From positions 50,040,892-50,104,891 of the forward strand of contig NC_057728.1 of the NCBI RefSeq assembly GCF_004010195.1: a stretch of 64,000 nucleotides of DNA, given 5' to 3'. Positions 63,525-64,000 of the stretch are shown piece by piece. Position 1 is the stretch's first letter; every line of letters starts with the position of its first letter. The position numbers and the translations under genes were made by a program. This DNA comes from Chiloscyllium plagiosum (lineage: Eukaryota). The notes beneath the pieces are model-generated. The model worked only from the letters and a program-made list of their open reading frames with translations, made no database searches and was not told the origin of the DNA.

Positions 63525-64000
63525 GACCATAAGACATAGCAGTGGATGCAAGGCCATTCGACCCATTGAGACCACTCCGCCATTTAATCATGGCTAATGC
63601 GCGTTTCAATTCCACTTACCCGCACTCTCCCAGTAGCCCTTAATTCCTTGCGAGATCAAAAATTTATCAATCTCTGCCTTGAAGACACCCAAAAGCCTGG
63701 CCTCCACTGTGCTCCGTGGCAATGAATTCCACAGGCCCACCATTCTCTGACTGAAGAAATGTCTCCTCATTTCCGTTATAAATTGACCCCCTCTAATTTT
63801 AAGGCTGTGCCCACGGGTCCTAGTTTCCCCACCTAACAGAAACAACTTCCCAGCATTCACCCTTTCTAAGCCATGCATTATCTTGTAAGTTTCTATTAGA
63901 TCTCCCTTCAACCATCTAAACCCTAATGAATACAATCCCAAGATCCTCAGCCGATCATCGTATGTTAGGCCTACCATTCCAGGGATCATTCGTGTGAATC
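63525..64000 (-). mobile_element. Relatively young CR1 LINE 3' end, continuing beyond the window
   Basis: Open 127-aa ORF2 C-terminus (GDLIETYKIM...RTRGHSLK...FFSQRMVGLWNSLP) and an ATGTCTTATGGTCT tail. Confidence 0.9.

Overview
This is vertebrate genomic DNA. The repeat complement (HE1/V-type SINEs, CR1/HER1 LINEs, Deu-domain SINEs, Penelope remnants) points to a cartilaginous fish; this is an inference. The only host gene I can support is synaptotagmin-10 (SYT10) on the minus strand. Coding exons 2-7 lie at 42036-41661, 36105-35532, 32312-32192, 26175-26004, 23238-23109 and 7797-7726. All have GT-AG boundaries and consistent phases, giving ~480 aa with TM, C2A, C2B and C-terminal tail. I did not find exon 1, which probably lies beyond position 64000. 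The rest is mostly nested, decayed transposable elements plus two minisatellites. Highlights: (1) several distinct Penelope-like element (PLE) terminal families each carry a minimal type-I hammerhead-ribozyme motif with co-varying helix II, and one family is dispersed as short, non-coding, often palindromic inserts with 9-17 bp target-site duplications; (2) a decayed Gypsy element with the unusual integrase-before-RT (Gmr1-like) order; (3) a 33-bp minisatellite expanded in place inside a Deu-domain SINE; (4) apparently templated CR1 patch insertions; (5) a SINE built from the two ends of a LINE that is also present in the window. Repeat boundaries are by eye and approximate. No searches or folding computations were run.
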